A DNA stretch of 63,254 bases, counting the filler, from Octopus bimaculoides (Eukaryota): assembly GCF_001194135.2 (NCBI RefSeq). It is 6 parts of 6 records of this genome, joined end to end, with 100 filler letters (N's around TTAATTAATTAA, not from the genome) between each part and the next. Parts side by side here need not be neighbours in the genome. Positions count along the whole stretch, not along the records: positions 23,990 to 47,961 come from NC_069004.1; 5 more parts are not named here. The stretch is one strand, 5' to 3'. The notes below the pieces were generated by a model. That model saw nothing but the letters and a program-made list of their open reading frames with translations. It was not told where the DNA came from and did not search any database. Within the stretch, counting starts at the first letter, position 1; the number at the start of each line of letters is the position of its first letter. Position numbers and translations under genes: made by a program. Of this stretch, positions 24,461 to 38,040 are shown piece by piece.

Positions 24461-25936
24461 GTTTTATACTTCTTACACATGATGAAACTATTGACATAAA
24501 TCATAGAATTATGCAAAACGATAAAGTCGAGTGAAGCCACAACGGCACTTTTATCAACGAGGACGAGTACGCGACGAATTAGTTGAAATGGAAAGCATCT
24601 CCCTCGCTGAAGATATCAGAACCACTAAACAATGTCAGACAAGGTCAGTTACAAGTTTAAATTTATTATCTCTCTTGATATTTGGCACTTGATTCTGAAT
24701 AAAATTAATGTTACTAATAAGCTCATATAGTATAATAAAAAAATAATGTGATCTTTGTTTTATTCTTCAACTAAGATTACTATCAAACTTTTTTCAAGTT
24801 TGCAAAAACCTTGATATCAATTGAAAAAAATGTCATTCACGTGAATTAGCAAACAACAGAACATTCACAATATTTGAAACCAAGAAACGAATTTAGAGAG
24901 GGAAAATAATGATGATTCACGATTATGAGTCAAGGGATTAACCATTAGGTGATCCACGATTGAGATTTTCAACTTGAATTTTATTTTATTTTACAATTGT
25001 GGATTCGTCAGACAAAACAAAATACATTTGAGGAAAATGGAAGAAATAAATCAAGTCTTTGGCTTTGTATATGATATTGCAAATTTGGTCAAAGAGCCAT
25101 GCATCATGGAGCTCGAACATTGTGAAAAATAGGCTTTGGTTATAAAATACAATGGACGCTCTAACATTAATTCATTAGGATTGATAGAAGTGCTTGGAAG
25201 ACAGCATGGGGAAAATTACAATAGGGAATCCTCTGAACGATATTATTCAATTCAGTTTTTGCAATAAATTAGAAAACGTTATGGTTAATATTCTAATTGA
25301 TATGGGAATTCTTCTAATTCTGCTAGTTACAGATGTAATGGCTGAAAAAGCGCTTTCCAAAATTTAAATGATCAAAAGTTATCCACTATTAACTATACAG
25401 ATCAGCAGATCAGCTCCAAGTGTTGGCTACAAACTACAGATATGTATGAAAGGTCAAAAGATGTTTGATATGAATTTGAATGAGACTGTGAAAACATAAA
25501 ATCAATAAAAAGACAGCAGTTTGACCAGCTGCTATCAATTTGTGGCGATTGTCGTCGAGATGTTACGTGTTCTGAGACCCCCTCACTACCGGGATAACGG
25601 CGGCCCATCGGAGAAATGAGCCCCGCGAAGTGGAGTGGCTACTGCAGCGACTGTCGTTGGCCATTCTCCGTAGCAGTGTCATCGTAATCATTACCACGGG
25701 GTGCGGCTGAGTATAACATTTGTTCTGGGGTGTGCGGCCCGTTTCTTCCTCCCCTTCTATCTTCTGCTGCTTAACCCCACCCTTTTTTTCTTTCTTTACC
25801 TTTCGTATCTCTCTCCTTTCTTGTTTGTTTTTGTCTTTGTTTTTAAATATTATAGATTAAATTTAAAATATTCGAAATACTTGCAGCACGTGAGAACGTT
25901 TATCAAGAGAAAAGCAAGAGAAATCATTTGAGGAAA

Positions 25937-25967
<31 letters not shown>

Positions 25968-25974
25968 AGGCCAC

Positions 25975-26400
25975 TGATTACCATATTAAATTTCTTTTAA
26001 CATGTTGTTCTTAGCGTTATTGTGACCACCGTTTGATAGTCATTGGCTTATCATCGAAATGTGTCTTCATTGTATCTTTTCTATAAGGTTTTCTCAGATC
26101 ATTGTTCTGATGAACTTTTTAATCTCGTAACCTCTATCAAGACATTTCAACACGTCATCTTCTTCTCTTTCCGGTCGCAACGTTTCTCTGTTGAGCTTCT
26201 CGTTAGTCGTAATTCCTTTTATTCTAACAGCTTTCTTCCCTCGATCTGCTGCTCTCTGGAACTCATTACCACCCAGCTTATTTTCCTCTGGTCTATGATA
26301 TTCAGTTCTTTAAACTTTCTGTGAAATCGTCATCTTTTGGATTTTTAGGACCATTCTTTTCCTTCTTCATAGTCCCTTACATTACTGATGCCTCAAGAGA
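25975..26400 (+). pseudogene. 5'-truncated CR1/L2-group LINE 3' end
   Basis: SLAYHRNVSSLYLFYKVFSDHCSDELFNLV...FYSNSFLP, then after a frameshift RSAALWNSLP. This matches the LxHRRxVxSLxLFY...NSFFPRTxxLWNSLP C-terminus of this group. Confidence 0.75.
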
Positions 26401-26626
26401 GAAAATGGTTTTTAAAAAATTAAATCTTAGCGTATATAGCATTACGTCCTCCATAACAGTAAATCCGTAGCTCCTACCGTGCCAATCAATTTGACAACGA
26501 AGACAAAATGACTAAAATGGGATAAATAAAAAATAAACGGAGCTTGTTATTACATGATATTGTTTTGTCATGTTCTTGCACTGAAGAAATATTATAACAA
26601 TGGACGATAAATCATACTTATATATA

Positions 26627-26788
26627 GGCGCAGGCATGGTTGTGTGGTAAGAAGCTTGCTTCCACACCACATGGTTCTAGGTTCAGTACCATTGCCTGGC
26701 ACCTTGGTAAGAGCCTTCTACAGTAGCCTCGGGCCGACCAAAGCCTTGTGAGTGGATTTGGTAGATGAAAACTGAAAGAAGCCCGTCG

Positions 26789-26821
<33 letters not shown>

Positions 26822-27031
26822 GTATACGTGTGTTTGTCCCCTCAACTATCACTCGACAACCGATGTTGGTGTATTTTCCTCCCCGTAATTTAACGGTATG
26901 GCAAAAGAAACCGATAAAATAAGCACTAGACTTACAAAGAATAAGTACTCCGACTAAGACTCTTCAAGGCGGTGCTCCAGCACGGCCGCAGTCAAACGAC
27001 TAACATGTAAAAAAGTATAATAATAAAAGAA
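26627..27031 (+). mobile_element. Full-length SINE family A
   Basis: GGCGCAGGCATGGTTGTGTGGTAAG head, internal (TA)n, and GGCGGTGCTCCAGCACGGCCGCAGTCAAA tail. Confidence 0.9.
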
Positions 27032-28781
27032 TAGAAAATATATCGTGCACTAATTTTGGTGACATAGTATACAGATATGGTAAATAGTAAACAGTTTGAA
27101 TTCGTCATCGTCACGTAGTACGCGCTAAACATTAGATATGTCTGTGATCTAAATTATATTAAATAAGTTAATATTTAATTGTTAATACTAAAAATTATTA
27201 CGAAAAAGCTTAAAAAATAATTCTTAGTGGACATTATAATAAATTTTTTTTTAAAAACGTAATATACGGCTACAGTGTTATGTAAATAAACTGAATTTTG
27301 TCATGGTCATGCGGTACATAATTTAAAGTAACTATGATTTATGTTTTGAATTATAAAAATTAAAATTAATATTTAATTATTAATTAGAGGCTTTAACTAG
27401 GTGACTTACAATATAATTCTTAAGTAATTAAAAACTGCTGACATTTCGTACTCTCACAAATAGTAATGAAAATTAGGAATAAACGTTTTTAATTATAATT
27501 AACTGTATCGAAAATATCATTTAAGCAACCTAACAGCCCCTTTGTTTCTCAACATGCTAACACATGCACGCGCACAAATACACTAAAACAAAATTGCATA
27601 TACACAAGTAACGGTTTTTTTTTAAATACATTAGAATGCATGAACACACATATCTGAATTTAATACTGAGTTTACCTATGATATATCAACACATTGGGAT
27701 GAAGTTCGTTTTCGTATCAAGTTCTGACACCGATGAGATGGTCAATTAGTTATATTCATAATGAATCTCTAATCTAATTTTTCTAATTTGAATTAATTGG
27801 GCATGGAAATGATCGTAGGATCTCTGAGTTCGATATTGTTTGAAATTAGAGTTATTTCAATAAACTGATGTCTGCATATCATTTTCTCCATTTTCTTTCC
27901 TTTATACAGAAATGGTAATATACCTATATTCATCAATGTGAAGCTAGCATCTTTAACTAATTTCACTGATACGCCGGATAAAACCGGGGAACCTGGATGC
28001 TGACATCCCTTGAAGAGGTATTTATATCCTCGAAATAATTATATATCTCATAGTAATACTAAAACTCTAGAAGATGTTTGTTTGTACCCGAAATATCTCA
28101 CAAATAGTATATTTTAGTTTAATTTTTTTTTTTTGCATATATATTTTCATACTTTATGCAGTATGAATTTTTATTTGGATCTTTATTTATTAATGAAAAC
28201 GATTAACCACAATTTTTGTTTCTTATTTCTTGATGAAAAAATACTTGGCTTCCGTGACGTCAACACACATACACACATACAGAATACACATACAGATAAT
28301 GAATGTCATGGTGTGTGAATCAACACAAACACACGTACGCTATCTGTGGCATATACACACACATAGTTTTCGCGCTCTCTGTCTATGACTCTTTAAGAAA
28401 AAAACGCCGACTTTTTGACGTACACAATATTTTAATCATTTAGAAATATTCTTAAGCGAATGTGATTTGAAAAACGTAAGTTGTTTGTACAGTAAGTATT
28501 TACATTTTAGCTTTCTTTAAACAGACAATATTCTAATGTTTTTTATTATTATTTTCAAATGAATACCATTACAAAATTGTTTTTGGCATATTTAAAAACT
28601 ATTTTAAGGTGAAAAGGACTTTAAAAATACGGTAAATATTTCATAAAACAATTGTGAAATAATTCTTTCCAGAAGTGTTTTAGAATGTATTCAACGTATC
28701 TCAGCTTCACAGATTTCGCTGCTATTTCTAGCCCGCCCTGCTACTACACAACAGCTAGCTGCAATAAAGGACCTGAAATAC

Positions 28782-28897
28782 CTGTTACGTGGTAGCAGAG
28801 CGTGCAGGAAATAGCAGCCAAGTCTTTCCTTTTCTGGGGAAAGGGGCTGTTTACGCGTAATTTCGATATCACATTCATTGACAGCGTGCGAAATAAC
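28782..28897 (-). other. Candidate 116-nt exon of an unknown gene
   Basis: Acceptor TTTCTTTTTTAAAATCTTTTCCAG| and donor CAG|GTATTT. Two frames are open: VISHAVNECDIEITRKQPLSPEKERLGCYFLHALLPRN and LFRTLSMNVISKLRVNSPFPQKRKDLAAISCTLCYHVT. No homology recognised. Confidence 0.3.
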
Positions 28898-29006
28898 CTG
28901 GAAAAGATTTTAAAAAAGAAACCACGAAACAAATTCCATTGCTGGGAGACTCAGAAGTTCCAGGGGACCCAACGGGTCGCGGATAGTCTAGTATATATAT
29001 ATATAC

Positions 29007-29050
<44 letters not shown>

Positions 29051-29077
29051 TAGAGAGACAGACAGGCAGACAGACAG

Positions 29078-29142
<65 letters not shown>

Positions 29143-29974
29143 TACATGCATACATACAACCATGCATAAAGACAAAATTTACCAGAAGCTGACAGAGAGG
29201 CAGCAATACGGAAAAGTATAGTTTTCTTTTTCATACTTGATATCCTACTTTAACAGTGTGTGTGTGTGTGTGTATAAAACTTTGGCTATTACTCATCATT
29301 AAAACAGCAACAAAGGAGATAGATGGTTTGGTCGGCGTCGTGTACTTTCGAGTGCTCTTCACCTACTGGTATTTACACTGACTGCCTTACTATGAAAAAT
29401 TTATATAAGGAAATATAATATATTTCTTGTATATTTCCTATCTTTCATTATGTTTTCGATTTCTTTAAAAAATATTCTTTTTACATTTGCGATTCAATTT
29501 CCTCCAAAACAATACGTCTGATGATAGGGAACTTGGCGACAAAAAGACAGCATTATATCGTGTTTGTGAAGCAAACAGATTCATGTTTTGGTTTTCAGCG
29601 TACTGCGCTTAGAGTTCTTTACAAATAGTAGACAAAACGATGTTGTTTCTTAAACATTGCGATAACAAACTGCAACAAAAGACAATTTTTTGAAGAAGAA
29701 ATAAAACAAATATTAAAAAAATGTTTAACGACGAAGATCGATAACAATATTTGTCTTTCTTCATGTAATCAACTATGGCAGAGAGTCAATGAGAATTTTA
29801 AACATTTAAAACGACAGAAGAGTTCTCAGATAAATATGGAGTAGTGCTAATGACAAATTGTGAAAACGAAAACAAAATGAATTTTTCAAACAATGCCACT
29901 AGTTAATTTGGAATCAATGCATACATTCTTTCATACACACATACATTACATACATTACATACGTACATACACAG

Positions 29975-30016
<42 letters not shown>

Positions 30017-30153
30017 ATATATACAATACATATATATTACAATTTATATGTGTAAGTATATATATAAATATATATACATAGACATATATATATATGTATA
30101 TATATATGTATGTATATATTTATATATGTATATATGTATATATATGTTCATTA

Positions 30154-30232
<79 letters not shown>

Positions 30233-30914
30233 GTGCATATATATGCGTGTGTGTATAGTATGTAAGTGTAACAGTGTGTTTGTGTGTATGGTGTATGTGC
30301 ACTTCAATTCACTAAGTTTTCTTAATTATTTCTAAGTAAAATTCAAACGGTGGGTGGCAGTACGGGTAGAGTGTCTGACAAAAGTCCGTTTAACTTCTAG
30401 GTTCAAATCCCACCAACGTTGCATTGTCTTTTCATTTTTATCAAAGGGAAATAACAATAAAGTACAATTCAAGCCACGGGATCGATTTGATAGATTAATA
30501 TTGATGTCCTACAGGTTTCTTTTAGCACCGACACTTACACTTCAGTGCCCTCAACGACCAGTTTTTAAATGCTGTTTGTGCTTTAAGAGAAAATGAAGAT
30601 GTAAGACACCAACGGCGATAATATTCCTGTGGGGAGCGGCGACACAAAGATGTTAACCGCTTTAAAGCTACAACGATGAAGCAATGCCACGTATAATCTA
30701 CATTTCATGGTATATGCATCATGTCTTGTCTGTTATCGTACCCGTCACAAATCGTGAGAAAAAAATGTGACTACCTGGCGCAGTTGTTTGGCCGCTGTCG
30801 AGTTGGCACGGCTGACTGGACATTGAACATATTTGGGCGACAGTACAGAAGGTTTTGATGCATGACACGCACATAGGCACATACACGTAAGCGCGCAGAA
30901 ATAAAAATATCCCA

Positions 30915-31673
30915 CTCGGCCATGAATTAGGGGATTGCACCTAGAAAGTTCCCTTCTGAGACACAAGTCTGGGCAAGGTTGTTTCCGGAAGACCAACAGT
31001 CATTCCTACATGCCAGCTTCCCCACTCCACGCCACTGATGTTATCCAAGAAAAAGGCAAAGGGGCCGATACAGCTTGGCACCAGTGCTGTCGCAACTCAT
31101 TTCCACAGTAAAAGATCGCCATAGAAAAGTATCAAGCATTATAAAAGTAAGTACTGAAGTCGATTCGCTTCGACTAAAAATACTTCAAAGGCTGTGCCCC
31201 AGCATGGCCACAGTCTAATGACTGACACAAATTAAAAGGAAGAAGAAAAGCCATATAAGTCTACAGTTCGCTTTCTTCTTCCCCTGAAAAGTGCTGGCCT
31301 AGCAGTTCGGCAAAAGTGGCCGATAGAATATGTAAATGGATAAATACCCCCTTCGGTTATGACTGACCATAGGATTGCACCTAGAAAGTAACCCTTCAAT
31401 CTACAAGCCCGGGCAAGGTTGTTTATGGAAGACCAGCAGTCGCCCATGCATACCGGCCTCTCATCTCCACGCCACCAACGTTATCTAAGCGAAAGGCAAA
31501 GGGGCCGATGCAGCTTGGCACCAGTGACGTCACAACTCATTTCTACAGCTGAGTGAACTGGAGCAACGTGAAATACAGTGTCTTGCTCCAGAACACAACA
31601 CACAGCCCGGTCAGGGAATCGAACTCACTACTTCATGATTGTGATCCCAACGCTCTAACCACTGGGCCATGTA
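30915..31673 (-). mobile_element. SINE family C copies (30915-31110 partial, 31346-31673 full) flanking a family A tail fragment
   Basis: Shared GATTGCACCTAGAAAGT...GGCAAGGTTGTTT blocks. The full head is at 31600-31673. Confidence 0.85.
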
Positions 31674-31723
31674 CTTCACGAATATAGAATATATAGCACA
31701 CTTTAGAAAATGTTCGATTATGC

Positions 31724-31977
31724 CAGTGATGCTCAACCAGGGTCCATATGACTCTTGGGGGTCCCTATAATATTTTGGTGTTAAAATTTTCTATGCAATA
31801 ACTTGCTTATGCTTCTACTGTACACAAAATATTTTAACAATTTTTAATAAAATCCCTAATAATATTTAATCAAAAATTATAATGGGATTTTTTTTTAATA
31901 TTGAATGGCTATGAGGGTCCACCTAAGTAAAAATAAAATAAAGGGGTCCACAGGCAAATTGTTATAGAGAACTACCG
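31724..31977. mobile_element. hAT (Charlie/Chap-like) non-autonomous element
   Basis: Termini CAGTGATGCTCAACC...GAGAACTACCG, subterminal GGGTCC repeats, and a degenerate 8-bp TSD GATTATGC (31716-23) / GATTAGAC (31978-85). Confidence 0.55.
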
Positions 31978-34087
31978 GATTAGACCCTTCAAAGTGAATC
32001 CCCAGCATGAGTTCACTCCGTTACAAGCATTTGACTCGGGTTTCCCAACAAAGGAAATCCAGCAAAAAAAATTCATTGATGGATCTCCTTCATTGATCAA
32101 ACGGCCTGGTAGTCTGAAGTTCCCACATTTGAGGTATGTTAAAATCGTGTGGGGGTTAAACGTGGGATAAGTGTGTATTTTGGTAGAAGAAGTCCATAAA
32201 TGATAGGAAAACTCCAAGGTAGGAAGCCATCCTTTGAGTGTAATTAGCAAAATGGTAAAGAAGACCGTCAGGCAGATTGCACTCATAACACTGTGTGACA
32301 CGATTTTTGTCCTTGGGTAGTGACTGTTATTTCCTATTAGCTTACCCCTAGAAAGTATGAAAAATGGCTAATATTTCCTTTAAAATTTGCTTTTGTTACA
32401 TTTATTCAAATCCCGAAGAATCCCTCTCAACACATGGCTATGATGTTCCCCCAGTATTCCTGCTCATGATCAGAGATGCACGTATTGTCAGCCCCTAATG
32501 GACATGCTCAGGTGGTTAACAAGCAATTCTTTGGTATTGAGCAGAATATTTGCTATAACGATATTTCTACTTCAGTAACTCAACACTGAATTCGTCTGAA
32601 ATGTAATGGAAAATAAATCAATTTCTAAACATTGATGTCCAGATCACAAAAGCAATGTTTGAAGGGAACAGTAGTCATTTTCCTTTGATTTCTAGATAGT
32701 AGCAAATACGAAATAACACTTACTGACCAAAGACAAAAATAACATAATTTTGTTACACAGTGTTATTGAAAAGGTACGGTTTTGTCATACCTTGAATCAC
32801 ATTCAATCATCTTGAGAATTGCGTCTGTGGAATGCTTGAAAACAGTGCTCCAATATAAGCTCAGTCCATTAAATGAAACAAGTAAAAGAAAAGAAATAGA
32901 TAACCAAACACCACACAATTAACAGTCCTCTCCAGAACACTATCATTCTTGAATTATTTCCATATCCGTGGATTTTTATTTTATTGCTAAGCTTTTGAAG
33001 TGGAACATAAAAGTCATTGATTTCACTATTATCAAAGGATCTGTTAAAGTAAGGCCGAGAGCAAAGTTTTTTTTCGCAGACTAAATTTTGAATAAACTCA
33101 AAAGGAAAGCAAGCGATAACAAGCAGGTGTCGCTTGGAAACAGGATATCATCTAAAGAATTATTTTCCTGAGCTGCGGACATTTTATCTACGAACTCTTG
33201 ATATTCATTGTAAATTTAGAATGAAACAAAAAAGACAAGCGTTTGTCTTTGTTTAAGTGATTTTATTGTCTTGGTTACACGGTTTCTATGGCTTGTAACT
33301 GAACGAGATCACAATATTGCCCCTGAACAGGATGCCATTTTTAGCTGAGTGGACTGCAGCAACTTGAAATGAAGCATTTGGCTCAAAAACACCACCAAAC
33401 GCAAGCCTCAATCCGGAAAACTAAACAACGATTTTGTAATCGTGACTGCAACACGGCAACCACAAGACCGCTCGCCTTCAAAAGAGATCCGTTACTCGTA
33501 AAAAAAAGCAAAGTCCCTTGAACATTACTCTTGCGGGTCCTAAGATTTATAGAGCTGATTATCTTGTATAAGCAACCTAAATCACTACATTCCCTCCTTT
33601 TTTAACCAAACGCTAGTCCATCGTAGCATTACTCGGTTAAGGCTGAGCGTATTGGAGTCACGTCAAATAAATGAGGTGTTTTGCTCAAGTACACACGACA
33701 CCGCTAGGTTCATGAATTCAAACAACGTTTTTGCGATTGTGACTGCAACAGCCTAACCATTTGGCTAGACACCTTCACCATGCTTAAATATATGTGGCAT
33801 TAATACATACTCACTACATTACTGCTATTTGTTTTATCGATCGTTAAGCTATGGTGTAGTGACAATGTTTTGTGTGTTATCACGTATGAATAAAAGTACG
33901 CCTTACTCTTAGATATCTTCGTCTTCAAATACAAATAACGATATATTTTCCTAACAAAGTTACGTTTAGATCTCATGGGAAGAATAAAATCATATTAGAA
34001 TAAATATTTAAACTTTGAGAAAAGAGAATAAAACAACACACTCTCTCTCACACATACCTACTCACCCACCTATACATACGTACATAC

Positions 34088-34150
<63 letters not shown>

Positions 34151-34762
34151 NNNNNNNNNNNNNNNNNNNNNNNNNNNNNNNNNNNNNNNNNNNNNNNNNN
34201 NNNNNNNNNNNNNNNNNNNNNNNNNNNNNNNNNNNNNNNNNNNNNNNNNNNNNNNNNNNNNNNNNNNNNNNNNNNNNNNNNNNNNNNNNNNNNNNNNNNN
34301 NNNNNNNNNNNNNNNNNNNNNNNNNNNNNNNNNNNNNNNNNNNNNNNNNNNNNNNNNNNNNNNNNNNNNNNNNNNNNNNNNNNNNNNNNNNNNNNNNNNN
34401 NNNNNNNNNNNNNNNNNNNNNNNNNNNNNNNNNNNNNNNNNNNNNNNNNNNNNNNNNNNNNNNNNNNNNNNNNNNNNNNNNNNNNNNNNNNNNNNNNNNN
34501 NNNNNNNNNNNNNNNNNNNNNNNNNNNNNNNNNNNNNNNNNNNNNNNNNNNNNNNNNNNNNNNNNNNNNNNNNNNNNNNNNNNNNNNNNNNNNNNNNNNN
34601 NNNNNNNNNNNNNNNNNNNNNNNNNNNNNNNNNNNNNNNNNNNNNNNNNNNNNNNNNNNNNNNNNNNNNNNNNNNNNNNNNNNNNNNNNNNNNNNNNNNN
34701 NNNNNNNNNNNNNNNNNNNNNNNNNNNNNNNNNNNNNNNNNNNNNNNNNNNNNNNNNNNNNN

Positions 34763-34829
<67 letters not shown>

Positions 34830-35419
34830 ATGTGTGTGTGTGTGTGTACATGTATTTATATTTATGCATGTACGTATGTATGTTATCTATGCATGTATGT
34901 ATGCTTGCATGTATGCATGCATGTATGTACGTACGTAAGCGAAACAAAGAAAATGATAGCGACATTATTTAAGAAAACTCTAGTTGCTGACAATTAGTCA
35001 GATATGAGTATATGCAGCCTTAGGTATAGAGTTTGAAACTGGTTGATAAATCAGCTGATGCTACATAGTGCAGCTTCAACTTTCCAGAGAATATAATGAA
35101 CTGGAAATTAAGTTATACAGTTTGTTCGTTATTCCTTATCTTACATATGCTTATATATTTTTCTATGTATGTATGTGTCAGTGTGTGTACTTATGTATTT
35201 GTTCATGTATTATTAGTGTGTATGCGCGCCAGGTTTTTAGAAATATCTGTGCGTAAAGCTACAAAATAGGTCTGTGTTATTTCTTTTTGTCTAGAATCAT
35301 TAAGTATGCAAGCTTGTACATTTGTTGGTATGAGAAAATAGAATCGTGTATAGAAATTAATAATTCACAGACGTTACCCAATGTGGAAAACACTTGTTAG
35401 GATGTGTATACAAAGTATA

Positions 35420-35935
35420 TATTTACTATTTTATAAAATGTGTCTTTTAATGAATATCTTCCTATAAAGCATATCTTCTTTAGCGTAACTTTTTATAACG
35501 AATGTCACATTATAAGGTGTCTTTAAAAAGTACATACTTTTATAAAGCATGTATTTAAATTAAATATATATTCTTATAAAGTATTTTTTATAGCGTATAT
35601 CTTTTTGTAAAGTATATTTTTTTTATAAATTAAGTCGTAGAGAAGTATATATTTTTATAAAGTCAGTCTTCAAAAATATCTTTTTATAAAATTCATCACT
35701 TATAACATATATATTACTATACAGAATTTCATTTTATTAAGTATGTCCTAAAAAGTATACATATTTTTTTATAAAAATGAGCCTTTAAAAATACATTTTA
35801 TAAAGTTTATGTTAAATAACATACCTTTTTTAAGGCATATTTTTTATAAGGAACGTCTTAGAAGAAACGTATATTTCTATAATGCGTATCTTTTAAAATA
35901 TATTTTGTATAAAGGATATCCTTTATAACAAATTT
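35420..35935. repeat. Degenerate AT-rich minisatellite built on TATTTTTATAAAG
   Basis: More than 15 recurrences of (T)TTTATAAA-like cores with short variable spacers. Confidence 0.6.
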
Positions 35936-36029
35936 AGATATTTTCCCTTTCATCGGCAAATCGAGAAATTAATTTTCTATAACTAAACACTTTCAAACTT
36001 CGGACACTGGTAGAATGTGTCATATAAAA

Positions 36030-36422
36030 CATCTTTTACTCTTAGCGTTTTTGAGAAAAGTTTCTATTTACGAAGTTATTTCGTGTTAAAGTTGTCGTAT
36101 TTCGGTGGTATTTCTAACGGTATGTTTTGCCGAACCGCTATGTTGCGGGAACATAAACACAACAACACCGGTTGTCAGGTGGTGATGGTGTACAAACACA
36201 AACACATACATACTCTCTCTCACACACACGCACACAGATGTGTGTGTGTGTGTGTGTGTGCATACGATGAGCTTCTTCAGTTTCCGTGAACCAAATACAC
36301 CCACAAGGCTTTGATTGCCTCGAAACCATAGTAGAAAACACTTACCCAAAGTGCCACGCAGTGCGACTGAAACCGGAACCATGTGGTTGGGAAGCATGCT
36401 TCATGCCACACAGCAATGTCTC
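36030..36422 (-). mobile_element. SINE family A
   Basis: Head (36300-36422), internal (TG)n and partial tail. Confidence 0.8.
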
Positions 36423-36774
36423 CGCTTAATACAAAAAAATATGCGATTTTATAAATGCTCTCATTTTTATTTCATATATTATTCTATTTATATTTTCTTA
36501 TTTCTTATTACTGCAACGATGATGTAGATCTTTGATACACGGATATATTTCCAATAGGTGACTGACAGAGGGTGTTGAATAGCTAAGTTTCACTGAGTAC
36601 TGGTGTTATACCAAAATCTAAAAGCGTGTGACTTCTCTTTTTGTGATAGCAAAAATAATATTTGGATCATCAATTTGTAGCTTTAGACTTGGAGCTATTT
36701 ATTTTCAGACCAATATCCATAGCCACAAGTTTGTTTTTAATGTCATCTTTTTGTGAGCTGAGCCTATCTTTATC

Positions 36775-37170
36775 TGGTTTAGAGTTTATCTCTATAAAGG
36801 TTTCTTATTGAAAGTTTATCTCATTGAAGAGTTTATTTCGTTGAGAGTTTATCATGTTGAAAACTTATCTTATGGTCTTATCTTATTTTGTGATTATGTC
36901 ATTGAGAAATTATCTCGTTGCGAGCTTATCTCGCTGGGAGATCATCTTATTAAAAGCTTATCACTTTGAAGAGGTTATTTGGTCTGACGTTACGAAATTA
37001 TCTCGTTGAGCGTTTATCTCGTTGGGAGAGCATTTTATTAAAAGCTTATGACTTTGTAGAGGCTATTTGGTCTAAATATCTCGTTGAGAGCTTCTCTCAT
37101 GCAGGGATTATACCTTTGAGAGTTTATACCGCTGAGAGTTTATATCGCCTTCGTTAAAAGATTATCTGAG
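36775..37170. repeat. 15-bp minisatellite (GAGTTTATCTCGTTG) with an 88-bp higher-order duplication
   Basis: Repeated TTATCTCGTTG cores. Blocks starting at 36907 and 36995 are near-identical. Confidence 0.8.
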
Positions 37171-37814
37171 TCAACGGATTACGCTGCTGCATCAGTGGAA
37201 TCACAGCTTCACTAACAGGATTGAGACTAAGCATCTTCTGAAACTAACTGATATCTTTCTTCTGCCTTCAAATTAAGAGAACGCCAAATGCCAGTACAAT
37301 AACTTATATCATCCTGTTGATAACTATCGCTGCAATAAGCAACGATATCGTCCTAATCAGTTGGACAACTATTAATTAAACGATATAATTAAATGTAATC
37401 GTTTCGTTGTAAATTCTGGCCAAGGTTTGTAAATAATTATCCGAGGTGGACAGCTGAGAAGAAAGAAAACAGATGTCTAGTATGATTGATTTTACTTCAG
37501 TAATAATTTATATATCAACCGTCGTGACATACTGTCTAAAGTGGGCCGACACTCAAAGATGATTAATTAACTTCGACGATTATATTTATATAGATATTAA
37601 TGACGTTAGCAGGTTAACAGCTAATGAAGAGTTGCACTTCTTAGAAGAATTTCACTGTCGCGAAATCTGAATTTTAGTTTAAATAGTTCAGGTATTGTTG
37701 CAGAAATATATACTAGAATATGATGAGAATGGCCAGAATAAAAGAATACGTTTGAATGATCAGAATGAGTATGGGTGCAATAGTGTATGGATAGGCAGAT
37801 GGATAGACAGACAT

Positions 37815-37848
<34 letters not shown>

Positions 37849-37850
37849 TG

Positions 37851-37897
<47 letters not shown>

Positions 37898-37902
37898 GGA
37901 TG

Positions 37903-37965
<63 letters not shown>

Positions 37966-37970
37966 GGATG

Positions 37971-38039
<69 letters not shown>

Positions 38040-38040
38040 G
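37815..38040. repeat. Long (GACA)n/(GATA)n microsatellite
   Basis: Directly visible. Similar tracts lie at 18998-19058, 29055-29143, 44875-44948 and 62248-62372. Confidence 0.98.

Noticed and set aside
27910-28017. Candidate exon on either strand
   Set aside because: Splice-like signals exist on both strands, but the frames stop or do not join convincingly with neighbouring candidates.
31978-32570. GC-richer segment with a 109-aa ORF
   Set aside because: Probably an interspersed repeat, but no protein motif or terminus could be identified from sequence alone.
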